From: an uncultured Candidatus Binatia bacterium
Lineage (GTDB): Bacteria; Desulfobacterota; Binatia; HRBIN30; CADEER01
Direction of reading: 5' to 3'
DNA length: 64,000 bases
Assembly: GCA_964455095.1 (NCBI GenBank)
Contig: CAYVUV010000028.1
Location: 9,012 to 73,011 of the forward strand
Shown here: piece after piece, positions 1 to 10,900 of the stretch
Layout of the letters: every line of letters begins with the position of its first letter
Numbering within the stretch: the first letter of the stretch is position 1
Translations under genes and position numbers: made by a program
Notes under the pieces: model-generated
What the model saw: the letters and a program-made list of their open reading frames with translations, nothing else
What the model was told of the DNA's origin: nothing
The model's database searches: none

Positions 1-2
1 AC

Positions 3-2165
3 CCAGCCCCGTCCAAGATCACGCTGCTCAACGAAGCAAATGTCGCCACTCTCGAGCTCACGGCCAAGGACATGGGCCTGGAAGGAGAGAACATTCGCGC
101 CCTCGTGACCTACGGCGGCGCGCAGCCCGAAGTGACATTCAATATGGAGCTGTACGTTTGGGAGCTCCAGGCTGGCAAGCGCGTCAAGACCCGACGGGAA
201 AGCTGGAAGGGCCTCTCCATGGACCCTACGTCCCCCAGCTACGCCCCGATTTTCCTGACGCAGAACTCAAAGCTCGTCGACGCCACGGACGTCGGCCCCG
301 CGGTGACGCCGGGCGTCTCACAATCGGGTCGACCCGTCGCGCATGCCGCGTCCGCCGCTGGCATGAAGGCGGCGTGGGGAGCGCTGATCGGCACCACCGT
401 GACGCGCAACAGCTTCCTTCTCAGCGCCAACGGCAGCGGATTCATTCCGGTCGATCTCGGTGCCATTGATGTCGGAGCTCTTCCCAATGCGACGTTTCTC
501 GCCGCACTGCAGAACGCTATCACCGGCAGCATCAACAATGCCTTTATTGCCAAGGGCCTCACCGCCCCAGCGCTGAGCGTTGTGATGAATCCTGGGCCAC
601 CGCCCAGCCCGACTTTCCCTGGCACGACACAGACCACGGTGCTGACCATCACCTCAACGACCGTCACGCTTCCGAATAGAGACATCTTGATTCGCCCGGC
701 CGCCTCGAACGATCTGGCCGTACCGCTCATGCTCGGCGCCGAGCAGGGCGGCGTGGAGATCGGGTCGCACGCCATGCGTCGCCCATCCCCGAGCGGCATC
801 ACACTGCTCAAGCCCAATCTGGCGGACTGGAAGACGCTGGCAACCTTGCAGCAGCAGGCGTTCACCCCGGCCGGTACCGGCATCAAGCTGGACCAGACAC
901 TGCCTCCTCCCGCAGTCGGCACCGTTGCACAGCTAGTTTCGTTCACCGACCTGGTCACGAACGCACCGGCGGATCTCTTCTATCGCGACAATAACGGCGG
1001 ATCGCCGAACGACAACAATGACGGCCTGCGAGACAAGTTGGGACGAATGGCGACGGCGATCAACAATCGCGCGGCGAGCGACCCGCTGTTCCGCTGGACG
1101 GCGCAAGTCACCGGCACCCGCCTGACGATGCTGCCGACCGACCCCGTCGACGACAACTTCTTTTCGGCCCTGTTCGCCGTGAATCCTGTGCTGAACTTCT
1201 TGAAGAACGTCAAAGTATACACGTTGGGAGCCGGAGGCTTCGGTATCGGACAGCAGACTGCCGGGACGGCCGGCAGCGATGGAACCGCCCCTGACGCGAC
1301 CGACTACGACAACGCGTACCCGATCGTCGACCGGGAGGTCGATCTCTTCAATCTGATGGTCCTGCCGCCGGTTGCGAGTCCCGCCGTGCCGGTCGATGCG
1401 GTGTATGCCAACGCGAGCGTGTTCTGCCAGCAACGGCGCGCCTTCCTCCTGATGGACAGCCCGGCATCGTGGACCGACCCGCAATCGGCGACCGCCGGGC
1501 TCACCGCGCTCCGCATCGGGCTGGTCAAGGACTACAGCGCCGTGTTCTTCCCCCGCATCGCGATCAATCAGAACGGTCTGCGGCGCAATATCGGAGCAGC
1601 CGGCGCGCTCGCCGGTCTGTTCGGGCGGATCGATGCGACGCGCGGCGTGTGGAAGGCGCCGGCCGGCACGGAAGCCGATTTCCGCGGTATCGTCGGATTG
1701 GACCTGCAGTTGTCCGATCGAGAGAACGGCGTCCTCAACCCGCGCGCGATAAACACGCTGCGCGTCTTCCCGAGCGGCATCGTCAACTGGGGCGCCCGCA
1801 CGAACCAGGGCGACGACAACACGCCCCACGACTACAAGTACATCCCGATCCGCCGCCTGGCGTTGTACATCGAGGAGAGTTTGTACCGGGGGCTCAAGTG
1901 GGTCGTGTTCGAGCCCAACGACGAGCCGTTGTGGGCTCAGATACGCCTCAACGTCGGTGCCTTCATGCACAACCTCTTCCGTCAGGGAGCGTTCCAGGGT
2001 GCCACACCGCGGGACGCGTACTTCGTCAAGTGCGATGCCGAAACCACGACGCAGAACGACCGAAACCTCGGCATCGTGAACATCTGGGTCGGCTTCGCGC
2101 CGTTGAAGCCTGCCGAGTTCGTGATCCTCTACCTGCAACAGATGGCCGGACAGATCGAAACCTGA
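3..2165 (+). CDS. Contractile sheath protein (phage tail sheath / eCIS sheath family), 5'-truncated by window edge
   Basis: The reading frame is open from nt 3, with no stop before the first ATG at 72, so the N-terminus lies outside the window. The C-terminal part (GVWKAPAG...NPRAINTLRVFPSGIVNWGARTN...YKYIPIRRLALYIEESL...YFVKCDAETTT) is the conserved sheath C-terminal signature. It is followed directly by a tube gene. Confidence 0.9.
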   Translation, partial: PAPSKITLLNEANVATLELTAKDMGLEGENIRALVTYGGAQPEVTFNMELYVWELQAGKRVKTRRESWKGLSMDPTSPSYAPIFLTQNSKLVDATDVGPAVTPGVSQSGRPVAHAASAAGMKAAWGALIGTTVTRNSFLLSANGSGFIPVDLGAIDVGALPNATFLAALQNAITGSINNAFIAKGLTAPALSVVMNPGPPPSPTFPGTTQTTVLTITSTTVTLPNRDILIRPAASNDLAVPLMLGAEQGGVEIGSHAMRRPSPSGITLLKPNLADWKTLATLQQQAFTPAGTGIKLDQTLPPPAVGTVAQLVSFTDLVTNAPADLFYRDNNGGSPNDNNDGLRDKLGRMATAINNRAASDPLFRWTAQVTGTRLTMLPTDPVDDNFFSALFAVNPVLNFLKNVKVYTLGAGGFGIGQQTAGTAGSDGTAPDATDYDNAYPIVDREVDLFNLMVLPPVASPAVPVDAVYANASVFCQQRRAFLLMDSPASWTDPQSATAGLTALRIGLVKDYSAVFFPRIAINQNGLRRNIGAAGALAGLFGRIDATRGVWKAPAGTEADFRGIVGLDLQLSDRENGVLNPRAINTLRVFPSGIVNWGARTNQGDDNTPHDYKYIPIRRLALYIEESLYRGLKWVVFEPNDEPLWAQIRLNVGAFMHNLFRQGAFQGATPRDAYFVKCDAETTTQNDRNLGIVNIWVGFAPLKPAEFVILYLQQMAGQIET

Positions 2166-2192
2166 AAACGACCACAGCGGAGTTGATAAATC

Positions 2193-2708
2193 ATGGCGGT
2201 ACAATTTCCCCCCCAGTTTCCCGTGAACACCAGTCGGTTCGACCCGTACAAGAACATGAAGTTCCGCATCAAATGGGACGGACGTTACGTCGCCGGCGTG
2301 AGCAAGATCAGCGCGCTGAAGCGCAGTACGGAGCCGGTCACGCATCGCGAAGGCGGCGACCCCAGCACCGCGCGGGTCTCACCCAGCGTGTGGAAGTTCG
2401 AGCCCATTACGCTGGAACGCGGCGTCACGCACGATCTCGAGTTCGAGAAGTGGGCGAACATGATCTACAGCACCGACGGCGATGCCATGATCTCGCTCGA
2501 GAAATTCAGGAAGGACCTGATCATCGAGCTCCTCAATGAGCAGGGCAATGTCGCCAAGGCCTATAAGGTCTATCGCTGCTGGGTGAGTGAGTATCAGGCA
2601 TTGCCCGAGCTCGATGCCAACGCGCACGCCGTCGCCATCGAGCACATGGTGTTGCAGAACGAGGGCTGGGAGCGCGATATCGCCGTGCCCGAACCGAAAC
2701 AGACGTAG
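2193..2708 (+). CDS. Contractile tail tube protein (T4 gp19-like / eCIS inner tube)
   Basis: 171 aa. The N-terminus FDPYKNMKFRIKWDGRYVAGVSKISALKRSTEPVTHREGGD is typical of gp19-type tube proteins from phage-tail-like clusters. A GGAG lies about 8 nt upstream of the ATG, and the gene sits immediately after the sheath. Confidence 0.85.
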   Translation: MAVQFPPQFPVNTSRFDPYKNMKFRIKWDGRYVAGVSKISALKRSTEPVTHREGGDPSTARVSPSVWKFEPITLERGVTHDLEFEKWANMIYSTDGDAMISLEKFRKDLIIELLNEQGNVAKAYKVYRCWVSEYQALPELDANAHAVAIEHMVLQNEGWERDIAVPEPKQT

Positions 2709-2716
2709 TCGACGTC

Positions 2717-3439
2717 ATGGTGACCGTGCCACTGCGATTTGCGGGGGAACGGCGGGTCGCGCGGTTGCGTGAATTGACGGGACGCGAGGAGTTCGCCGTC
2801 TCGGGTATCAGCACCCCCCACGCGATCGCCCTGCTCACCGCGCTGCTCGACGACGTGCCGGCGACCGACCTGGTCGCGGCTGATCGCGACCACCTCTTGG
2901 CGGTCATGTATCGGCGCGCCTTCGGCGACCGCATCGAGAGCACGTTCACCTGCGCGCGCTGCAGCCAGCCGTTCGATCTGCATTTTTCCCTGTGTGAATT
3001 GCTCGAGTCGGTGGCCGGGCGCGTAGTTCCCGGCGCGTGGAAGGCACTCGGTGACGGTCGGTTCGAAGGACCCGACGGCACATCGGTGCGGTTACCGACC
3101 GGTCACGACGAGCTCGCCGTAGCCGGCCTCGCGCCCGATGAGGTGGAAGCCTTTCTGCGCAGTCGCGCGGTGGGCAGCGAAGAATTGTTGGAACAGATTG
3201 CACCCTTGCTCGATCTGGAGCTGGTCGCGCGTTGCGCCGAGTGCAAGCACGCCAACACCATTCGGTTCGACGTCCAGAGTTATGTGCTGAGTGCCGTGCT
3301 CGCCGCACGCCGTCGCCTGCTCGCGGAAATCCATCGCGTCGCGCTCGCCTACAACTGGTCGCTCGACGAAATCCTTTCGCTGAGCCGCGGGGACAGACGT
3401 CTCTTCGTCGAGCTCATCGAGAACGAGCGGGCTTCGTAA
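2717..3439 (+). CDS. Hypothetical eCIS-locus protein with two CxxC pairs (possible zinc ribbon)
   Basis: 240 aa with protein-like composition. It has C-A-R-C and C-A-E-C pairs about 95 aa apart. It starts 9 nt after the tube stop, and its stop shares 1 nt with the next ATG (TAATG). Confidence 0.6.
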   Translation: MVTVPLRFAGERRVARLRELTGREEFAVSGISTPHAIALLTALLDDVPATDLVAADRDHLLAVMYRRAFGDRIESTFTCARCSQPFDLHFSLCELLESVAGRVVPGAWKALGDGRFEGPDGTSVRLPTGHDELAVAGLAPDEVEAFLRSRAVGSEELLEQIAPLLDLELVARCAECKHANTIRFDVQSYVLSAVLAARRRLLAEIHRVALAYNWSLDEILSLSRGDRRLFVELIENERAS

Positions 3440-4269
3440 TGAAGAGCTATTTCGCCCGACTCGCCGATCGTGCGATCGACATGCCGGCGCCGGCAGCCGC
3501 CGGCGCCGGCAAGGTGGCGGATCCCTTCGACGTCGTAGCTCCCCCTGAACCGGCACAGCCGTCGTCCGACGACGCAGCGCGCATGAGGTCAAGCGTTTCC
3601 GCTCTGGTCGCGGAGTCAGAAGCGGCACCCATGCCGGTGCGCAAGCCCGCCGAGCCTCCGACGCTCGCGACGCGCAGTGACACGGAAACGCCGCCGCGTG
3701 AGGACACGGTTCAGAGCGGAGCCGCTCCCCTCCCCCCTCCGATCGATGAATCGCGCGCGCCAACGCGTCCCCGCGTGCCGGCTGAACCGATTTCCACCGA
3801 CAACGCCCTGTCCCCGCCCATGTCGCGAGCGGACCTGTTGCCGCCACAACCCGCAGCGATTGGCGAGACGAATAGGGCCGGCACGGAGCCCGCTCGTCTC
3901 GCTCCGGTGGAAGAGCGGCGCGATGAGTCTGGACGGCTTCGCAAGGCGGATCAGTTCATGCAGCAGGTGCTCGATCGCCCGCAGGCGCGTCTGCCGGAAG
4001 CTGACGCAGTCACGGCCGATCCGCCTGCAGCGGAGCTCCGTCCACCGCCCGATCCCGTGTTGCGCTTGCAGCCCATGGAGGCGGCACCGCGCACGGTTGA
4101 AGCGCCATTGGAACCGCCGGCGCTCGTGATCGGCACGATCACCGTGGAAGTCGTCCCACCAGCACCGGTGCTTCCGGCGCCACGTCCTCAGGTCGTGGTC
4201 ATCCGCGGCGCGTCCGCCGAACGGCCCCGCGTTCGCTCCAGTCGGAGGTTCGGCCTCGGCCAGTGGTGA
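3439..4269 (+). CDS. Pro/Ala-rich hypothetical protein (low complexity; possible tail-length or assembly factor)
   Basis: The ATG at 3439 shares 1 nt with the upstream stop. The product is 276 aa, with the MKSYFARLADRAID N-terminus followed by a long P/A/E/R-rich region. It occupies the only gap between coupled eCIS genes. I recognise no catalytic motif. Confidence 0.5.
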   Translation: MKSYFARLADRAIDMPAPAAAGAGKVADPFDVVAPPEPAQPSSDDAARMRSSVSALVAESEAAPMPVRKPAEPPTLATRSDTETPPREDTVQSGAAPLPPPIDESRAPTRPRVPAEPISTDNALSPPMSRADLLPPQPAAIGETNRAGTEPARLAPVEERRDESGRLRKADQFMQQVLDRPQARLPEADAVTADPPAAELRPPPDPVLRLQPMEAAPRTVEAPLEPPALVIGTITVEVVPPAPVLPAPRPQVVVIRGASAERPRVRSSRRFGLGQW

Positions 4270-4275
4270 TTTGCC

Positions 4276-5583
4276 ATGCTCATCGATCTGTCGCTCGTCA
4301 CCACGACCATGCTGCGTTTGCTCCAGTTTCGAGTGGACGCGTTGTGGGCGACGTTCTTTCCGCCACTTTCCGCACCACCGATCACCTATTCGGGCGTCGA
4401 GAGCGCGCTCCTGACGGACGAAAATGCCTTGGGCTTCTTCCTTTACCACCTGGGCGAAGACCCGCACTTCAAGAATCAACCACCCTACTACCCGGACCAG
4501 CCGGCGGTGCGTTTCACGCCGATGGGACTGCAACTCCAGTATCAGCTGGTTGCACACACCAGCGATATGGCCGGTAGTAACCCAAACCTAACCGCTTTGC
4601 GCAGCCAGAAGTTGTTCGGCCTCGCCCTGAAGACCTTGCACGACTATCCGAGCATCGACCGCGATACCAAGATCGCCGGAACGACCGTTTTCCCACCCGA
4701 GCTCGACAAGACGGACAATGTCCTGCGCGTTACCTTGCGGAGCGTCACTGCCAACGAAGCGACGAACTTCTGGACTGCTGGCACACAGGGGATACGCCTC
4801 GCAGCTTACTATGAAGTGAATACCGTGCTGCTCGAGCCGGACCGGCCACAGGCGTTCGGCGGCCGCGTGCTGCGTTACGGTGTGCACATCTTCGTCAATG
4901 GCGCGCCCCGTCTCGACGCGAGCCGGAGCACCGTCGTCTTCCGCATTCCTGGCGAAATGCTCGACCGCACCGCGGAGGTGCAACCGGGCGAAGCGGCCAG
5001 CGGGGAGAACCTCAAGCTCGAAGGCGTCGACTTGAACGGTGACGTCACCACCCTCCTCATCAACAGGGCAGGCTGGAAGACGCCGGAGGAAGTGGGGATC
5101 GACTGGGGCGTGGTCGCCGGTGCGGATGTGATCGCCGCCCAGGTGCGCGATCGTGCTGGCGGTCGCGACGTCGTTCCGGGTGTATACACGGCTGCAGCAC
5201 GCGTGACGCGCAACCGGCGCATGCCAGACGGCAGCATGCGGGCCTTTTCACAGACCTCCAATGAAGTGCCGTTCACCGTTGCACCCAGCGTCACCACTCC
5301 GGCGCACAATGTGGTTGCCACCGCGGTCGGAAACGTGGTGACAGTCACGGGCGGCCGCTTTCAGCATCCAGACATCGCCAAAGAGAACGTGCGCGTCACG
5401 GTGGGAGCCGTGTCGATCCCGCTCCAGCCGAGCGGTCCGTTAACTGCCGGGCATTTCGAAGTCAGTGCGACGCAGCTGAAGTTTCAGTTCCCGATCGCCG
5501 GCCTCACGCCGGGTGATGTCCTGCCGTTGCGCATTATCGTGAACGGGGCGGAAAACGCGCCGCGGTGGGTGCGTGTGCCATGA
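4276..5583 (+). CDS. DUF4255 (Pvc16/Afp16-like) tail terminator/cap family protein with C-terminal beta-rich extension
   Basis: The N-terminus MLIDLSLVTTTMLRLLQFRVDALW...LGFFLYHLGEDPHFKNQP resembles the Pvc16_N/DUF4255 domain seen in eCIS loci. It sits directly before the AAA+ ATPase, as is usual. Its stop overlaps the next ATG (ATGA). Confidence 0.7.
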   Translation: MLIDLSLVTTTMLRLLQFRVDALWATFFPPLSAPPITYSGVESALLTDENALGFFLYHLGEDPHFKNQPPYYPDQPAVRFTPMGLQLQYQLVAHTSDMAGSNPNLTALRSQKLFGLALKTLHDYPSIDRDTKIAGTTVFPPELDKTDNVLRVTLRSVTANEATNFWTAGTQGIRLAAYYEVNTVLLEPDRPQAFGGRVLRYGVHIFVNGAPRLDASRSTVVFRIPGEMLDRTAEVQPGEAASGENLKLEGVDLNGDVTTLLINRAGWKTPEEVGIDWGVVAGADVIAAQVRDRAGGRDVVPGVYTAAARVTRNRRMPDGSMRAFSQTSNEVPFTVAPSVTTPAHNVVATAVGNVVTVTGGRFQHPDIAKENVRVTVGAVSIPLQPSGPLTAGHFEVSATQLKFQFPIAGLTPGDVLPLRIIVNGAENAPRWVRVP

Positions 5584-7745
5584 GCACCGCTCGGCAAGAC
5601 TCCGCAAAACGGAAGGCTCCGCGTCGCAAGGCGCAGCCGCGCCGCGCGCGTACGTCACATCGCGCCAAAGTCGCCGCACCCAGCGCCGACGTGGCGGAGT
5701 CGGAATTGATGACTCTCTGGTTCCGCTTGCTGGCGCGTTGTCGCGGCGCATGGTTGCAGCATCTCTGGCTCCTCGAAGGCTCATCCGACGGCCGCGCAAC
5801 CGTCACGCACGCGGAGCTCGCCGGCCTGCTTGCCGATCAGGATTCACTGGGCGAGGAAACGTCGTGGTCCCAGACGCAAGAGCCCGTCTCTCGCTGGCGA
5901 GACGAGGCGCAGAAAACCTGGCAGGCATTGAACGATCTGCCCCACTCGCGGTGCGCGCGACTGAGTCGTATCTTCGGACTGAGCCAAGAGGAAGTCGACC
6001 TGCTGCGCCTGTGCGCAGCGGTCGCGTTCGATCCCGCGCTCGGACGGGTGTGCGCGTACCTGCAGGATCATTCCGGGCGCACGTACATCACGGAACCCCT
6101 TGCCGCGCGACTACTGAAACTTGGGCGATCGAGCGTGTGGCCTTCCGAGATGAATGTGTTTCGCTGGGAGCTCATCCAACGCCGCGACGCCGGCCTGAGC
6201 GAACCGAACGCGCTCAGCTGCGATCCACAGGTGCGCGATTGGTTGCTCGGCCGGAGCACGCTCGATGAAACACTTCTGTGCGGCGTACGCACGGTCAATC
6301 CAGGCCGATCCGCGCTCCCCGAGTGGCCGGTCGACGAAATCGCCGCGTGGATTGCGGAGGCGCTGCAGCACGCCGATCCGCCGCGGCTGCGTGTCGTTGT
6401 CACGGCACCCGCCGGCGGCGGTAAGCGTACGTTTGCGAGCTTGGTCGCGCGGAAGCTGGGAATGCAGCTGCTGCTCATCGATGCCGACGGGGTCGACGAT
6501 GCCGGCTGGACACGCCTCTTTTGGCACGGCCAACGCCAGGCATTTCTCGACGCCGCCGCTTTGGCTTGGATCGGTCACGGGGCCTCGCACCGTCGGTGGC
6601 CGGCAAACGCGCCCTTCTTTCCGGCGCAGTTCGTCCTGTGCGAACCCGGGTCGGAGCCGGCGCGGATCGCCGGCGCAACGGACCGCCACGTGCGCTTGCG
6701 TGTGCCGGAAGCACGCACGCGCAAACGATTATGGCAGCACAGCTCGCCGGGTGCCGCGGAGTGGCCCGCCGACGAGCTGCGACAACTCGCCGAACGCCAC
6801 AGCGTCTGGCCCGGCGATATCGAACAGGCAGGTCGACTCGGCGCGCGGACACCCGCAGAGACGGGTGCGCTGGTGCGCGAAGCGGCGCGCTCCCGTTTCG
6901 GCCACCTCGCCGAGATTCTCGAGTGCCCGTTCACAACGGACGACCTTGTCCTTCCGGAAGGATTGCAGCAGATATTGGACGCAATTGCGTTCGAGGCCGC
7001 CGACCGCGCCGCCTTCTGGCGCCAACCCGAGGCGCGTCGTCTCTTCCCGCAGGGCCGCGCGCTCATTGCATTGTTCAGCGGCCCGTCGGGAACCGGAAAG
7101 ACAATGGCCGCGCAGGTCATCGCGGCGCGCCTGGGGCAGGATCTGTGCCGCGTCAATCTGGCTCAGCTCGTGAGCAAGTGGGTCGGCGAAACACCCAAGA
7201 ACGTCGAACAGGTCATTCGCGTCGCGGCGGAGAACGACGTCGTGCTGCTGTTCGATGAAGCCGACGCGCTGTTTGCGAAGCGCGCCACCGAGATTCGCGA
7301 CGCGCAGGACAAGTTCGCCAATACCGACGCCGCGTATCTTTTGCAGGCGATCGAGAGCTACCCGGGGATCGCCATTCTGGCCACCAATCTCAAAGCCAAT
7401 ATCGACCCCGCGTTCGTCCGCCGCATTCGTTATGTCGCGGATTTCCTCAAGCCCAACCCCACCCTGCAGCGGACATTGTGGATGAAGCTGGTGACGTCTC
7501 TCGCTGGGGAGTCGCGCGCACGCGCCCTGGCTCCCGCGTTGGATGTGCTGAGCACAGTGGCAGACGCGACCGGCGCTCAGATCAAGTACGCGGTGCTGGC
7601 GGGACTGTTCGCCGCCCGAGCACAGAAGACAGACATCAATGTCCGCCACCTGCTGACCGGACTGGATCGCGAGCTGATCAAGGAAGGTCGCGGCATCGCT
7701 CCGCGCGAGCGCGAACGCATCTTGAGCATGGAGGACGTTCGATGA
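5580..7745 (+). CDS. AAA+ ATPase (Afp15/Pvc15-like eCIS assembly/loading ATPase)
   Basis: Walker A is GPSGTGKT, followed by LVSKWVGETPKNVEQV and Walker B VVLLFDEADALF (CDC48/FtsH-type AAA). A degenerate first P-loop (APAGGGKRT) is present. The ATG at 5580 overlaps the upstream stop. Confidence 0.9.
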   Translation: MSTARQDSAKRKAPRRKAQPRRARTSHRAKVAAPSADVAESELMTLWFRLLARCRGAWLQHLWLLEGSSDGRATVTHAELAGLLADQDSLGEETSWSQTQEPVSRWRDEAQKTWQALNDLPHSRCARLSRIFGLSQEEVDLLRLCAAVAFDPALGRVCAYLQDHSGRTYITEPLAARLLKLGRSSVWPSEMNVFRWELIQRRDAGLSEPNALSCDPQVRDWLLGRSTLDETLLCGVRTVNPGRSALPEWPVDEIAAWIAEALQHADPPRLRVVVTAPAGGGKRTFASLVARKLGMQLLLIDADGVDDAGWTRLFWHGQRQAFLDAAALAWIGHGASHRRWPANAPFFPAQFVLCEPGSEPARIAGATDRHVRLRVPEARTRKRLWQHSSPGAAEWPADELRQLAERHSVWPGDIEQAGRLGARTPAETGALVREAARSRFGHLAEILECPFTTDDLVLPEGLQQILDAIAFEAADRAAFWRQPEARRLFPQGRALIALFSGPSGTGKTMAAQVIAARLGQDLCRVNLAQLVSKWVGETPKNVEQVIRVAAENDVVLLFDEADALFAKRATEIRDAQDKFANTDAAYLLQAIESYPGIAILATNLKANIDPAFVRRIRYVADFLKPNPTLQRTLWMKLVTSLAGESRARALAPALDVLSTVADATGAQIKYAVLAGLFAARAQKTDINVRHLLTGLDRELIKEGRGIAPRERERILSMEDVR

Positions 7746-7984
7746 AGCGCGGCAGTGTGCGCATCGATGCGTTGCGACTCAGAGCTCCTGGTTTGACCCG
7801 CGAGGAGGCGCGGCAGTTGGGTGACGCGACGGCACGCGGACTGGATGCCCTGTCGAGACAACCAGTCATGCCGGGACGCATCGCGCGGCTCTCTCTGCGC
7901 GTTCAGTCTCACGGGCCTGTATCCGCCGGCCAGATCGCGGATGCCATCGTCACGAAAATTTCCCAGCGGAAACCGCAGGCGTGA
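7742..7984 (+). CDS. Small hypothetical protein (80 aa) coupled between the ATPase and the DUF4157 protein
   Basis: The ATG at 7742 overlaps the ATPase stop (ATGA), and its own stop overlaps the ATG of the next gene (TGATG). The sequence is MKRGSVRIDALRLRAPGLTREEARQLG... Confidence 0.55.
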   Translation: MKRGSVRIDALRLRAPGLTREEARQLGDATARGLDALSRQPVMPGRIARLSLRVQSHGPVSAGQIADAIVTKISQRKPQA

Positions 7985-10900
7985 TGCAAGCTAGGGCTGC
8001 AAAAAAGACTTCTACGGCTAGCCCCGCTGTCCGTGACAGCGCGCCCGCCGGCCACGTCGAGAGACCACATGGGGCAGCGAATCGTCATCGGCAAAGCACG
8101 CCGGCGGCGCGCGAGGCGCTGCATGCCGAGCATCCGGCGCCATCACCCGCCGTGCCGATACAAGCGTCCGGCCTGCTGCTCCAGCGAAAATGCGACTGTG
8201 CCGGAAGCTCGAACGGCGAGTGTGAGACCTGCCGCAAGGGGCTGTTGTTGCGCCGCTCATCCGGCCCGGCTCCAGGTGCTATCCCGCCAGCTGTACGCGG
8301 GATTCTTGCTGCGCCCGGACGCCCGCTCGATTCTGAGACTCGCAACGTGATGGAACGGCGATTCGGTCAGGACTTCAGCGGGGTCCGCGTCCATGACGGA
8401 GCTGCTGCCGCTGAATCCGCAAGGGCGGTGTCAGCGCAAGCCTACACTGTGGGGCAGGACATCGTATTCGGCTCGGGTCGATATGCGCCGCATTCCCATT
8501 CTGGGCGCCATCTGCTCGCGCATGAATTGGCGCACACCGTCCAGCAGCGAGGAATTCAGCGCAGCGGTATCGACGGCGTCTCCATTCCTTTGGCCAGTGA
8601 GAATCAGCGGCTCGAGCAGGAAGCCGAGCATGCTGCGAATGCGGTTTCAGACGGCCAATCTGTATCCGGGTTCGGGGCGACAACAGCCGGTCCCGTGCTT
8701 TCCCGGCAGGCTGATACCGCAGCCACAGGTGGCGGCGAGGGCGCGACCGCTCCCGGGCCGACGCGTACGTGGGAGACGCTGGCCACTCCGCTCGATGTGG
8801 GCAATGGCGTGCAAATCACAGCTCGGCAGGATGAGGGAACCGGGGTTGTTGCCTTTCGCGTCAACAAATTCCTTCTGCCTGCGATCAAGGGGCGAGTGCT
8901 GGAATTCTACCGCGCGAAAGCCAACGCTCAAGCCCTTGAAGCGACAGTCGGATTCACCGGGCGTGTTCCAAACGCCGGGCTTTGGCAGTCACGCGATTCT
9001 ACCGGTGACTTGCGCGCGAGCTGGCTGGGCAAGCTCGGCTGGACCGGGGCGGACGCCGCCGAGAATTGGTTTCAAGCGGGTGGGCGGCAGGCCCAGGGGA
9101 ATAGTCAGGCCTTCTCTCCGGCGCTGGCGAGCGGCACGACCTGCCAGATGGACCACATCGTCGAGCTCCAACTGGGCGGGACGAACACACGGAACAATAT
9201 TCAAGTCCTCGATCCCGTCGAAAACCAGCAGAGCGGAAGAGACATCCGCGTGTGGGTCCTCGACTTGGCGAAACGAGCAAGAGAGACGCTCAATCCGAAG
9301 CCGGATTTCATCCTGTTGCATTTCGACGCGGTTGAGCAGCAAGGCAGCGTTGCTGAGTTTTCTGCCTGTCCGCAGCCGGGTCAGGCGACGAAATGCATCG
9401 ACGTGGAAGGGTGCGCGACGACGCGGCGCGTTGAAGCGTCCGCGGCGGCAGCCGGAATGGAGGCCTATGCGGTGGCGGCCGGCGGAGCGAGCGACGTCCT
9501 GCGGGTCTTACCGCCGCCGAACCCCAGCGATCTGACCGGTGACGAAAATCGCGCGCCGCGTCAAATCGTCGCGGGAATGCTCCTCAACACCCTCCAAAGA
9601 GGCACGAATAACACCGGCGACGTCATCTCTGCTGAATTCGATTCGGACAATCTCATCAAGAATGCCGGCCGAACACGCGTTCCAATCGACGTCACGCAAC
9701 GGCCATCCAACCTGCAGTTCTCGGTCAATGCCGAAAATCGAAATCTAACGCTCACCCAACCAAGGAACCCGGCTGTGGATTTCGTGTATCCATTCCTTAG
9801 CCGCGGTCACCTCAATCTGACCTACGATCCGGACGCAGGAGTCGGCGCTACCGGAACGCTCACGCCGAGCCTGCCGCTGCTCAGTCGAGTTCCGTTTCAC
9901 CTCGATCTCAACCGCGAACGGTTGCGGGCGGAGATGCGCGCCGATCCTGCGGAGCTACGCTCGCCGATTCCCGGTTTACGATTTACCGAGCTAAGCCTCG
10001 GCGCCGACTTGCTGCCGGAGTTCAATCCCACTGGTCGGATCGCGTTTGTCATTGGACCCGAGGGGCGCCCGTTCCTCAATGGGATACTCGAAGCAAGTTA
10101 CGACAACGGCTTCGTCCTGGACGGGGATCTATTTGCAAACATTCCTGGAACCGACCGCGCACAAGGCCATGTGCAGTATCGAAACCGGCAATGGTCGGGT
10201 TTCGTGCTCGTCGAAAGCACAAAGATCCGTCTTCCCGGTTTCCAACGCGGCGAGTTGCGTGTGGATTTCAATCCGGATGGCACGATCCGACCCAGTGGTG
10301 CGGTCGACCTGTTGATCTTGGGCAATCCCGTCGCCTTGCGAGCCGCCTACCAAGACGGGCGGTTCATTCTGACCGGCGACGCCACTCTGCGCGTACCGAA
10401 TCTGCAGCCGGTGAACGTATCGCTGCGACACGATGGCGAGCATCTCTCGGGCTCGGCGCGAACTGCCATCGCGATTGGCGGACTGACCGGCACTGTGCTG
10501 GTCCGCTATCGCGATGGACTGCTGTCGGGTCAGGGAACCGCGGCAATCCAGCGGGGTCGCGCCAGCGGTAACATCAATCTCAACATCAGCGAAGCCGGCG
10601 AGCTGTTCGGTGAGGGCAGCGCGACCGTACGGCTGACGGATAACCTCGTCGGTAACGTGGGTATCGTCAAGCCGGAGCGAGGGCCGCTCCGCGTCCGCGG
10701 TGAGATGCGCTTCCCGAACGCGATCATCCTCTTCCGCGGCATAGAGCGCAGCCATACGCTATTTGAACGCACCCTCGAATTCGGAATTCCTGGTCTTTCC
10801 ATACCGGTCGTAAACGTGGGGGTGATCGCCACACTGACCGGTAGACTCTCAGTCGGCTACGGGTTTGGTCCTGCGACCCTCAATAACGTTCACGTTGGCG

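Noticed and set aside
933-2345. A long antisense ORF (470 aa), together with many similar ones. These include 12534..13736(-), 14863..16374(-), 27005..27976(+), 33124..34290(-), 34378..35268(-), 35687..36901(-), 39540..40733(-), 41175..42065(+), 42259..43869(+), 43623..45749(+), 45977..47062(-), 50317..51264(+), 51959..53155(-), 56372..57919(+), 60675..61856(+) and 62004..62954(+).
   Set aside because: They overlap strongly motif-supported genes on the other strand or in another frame. Their translations are Arg/Ala/Gly/Pro/Val-biased low-complexity sequence without motifs. Such ORFs are expected from stop-codon depletion in GC-rich DNA.
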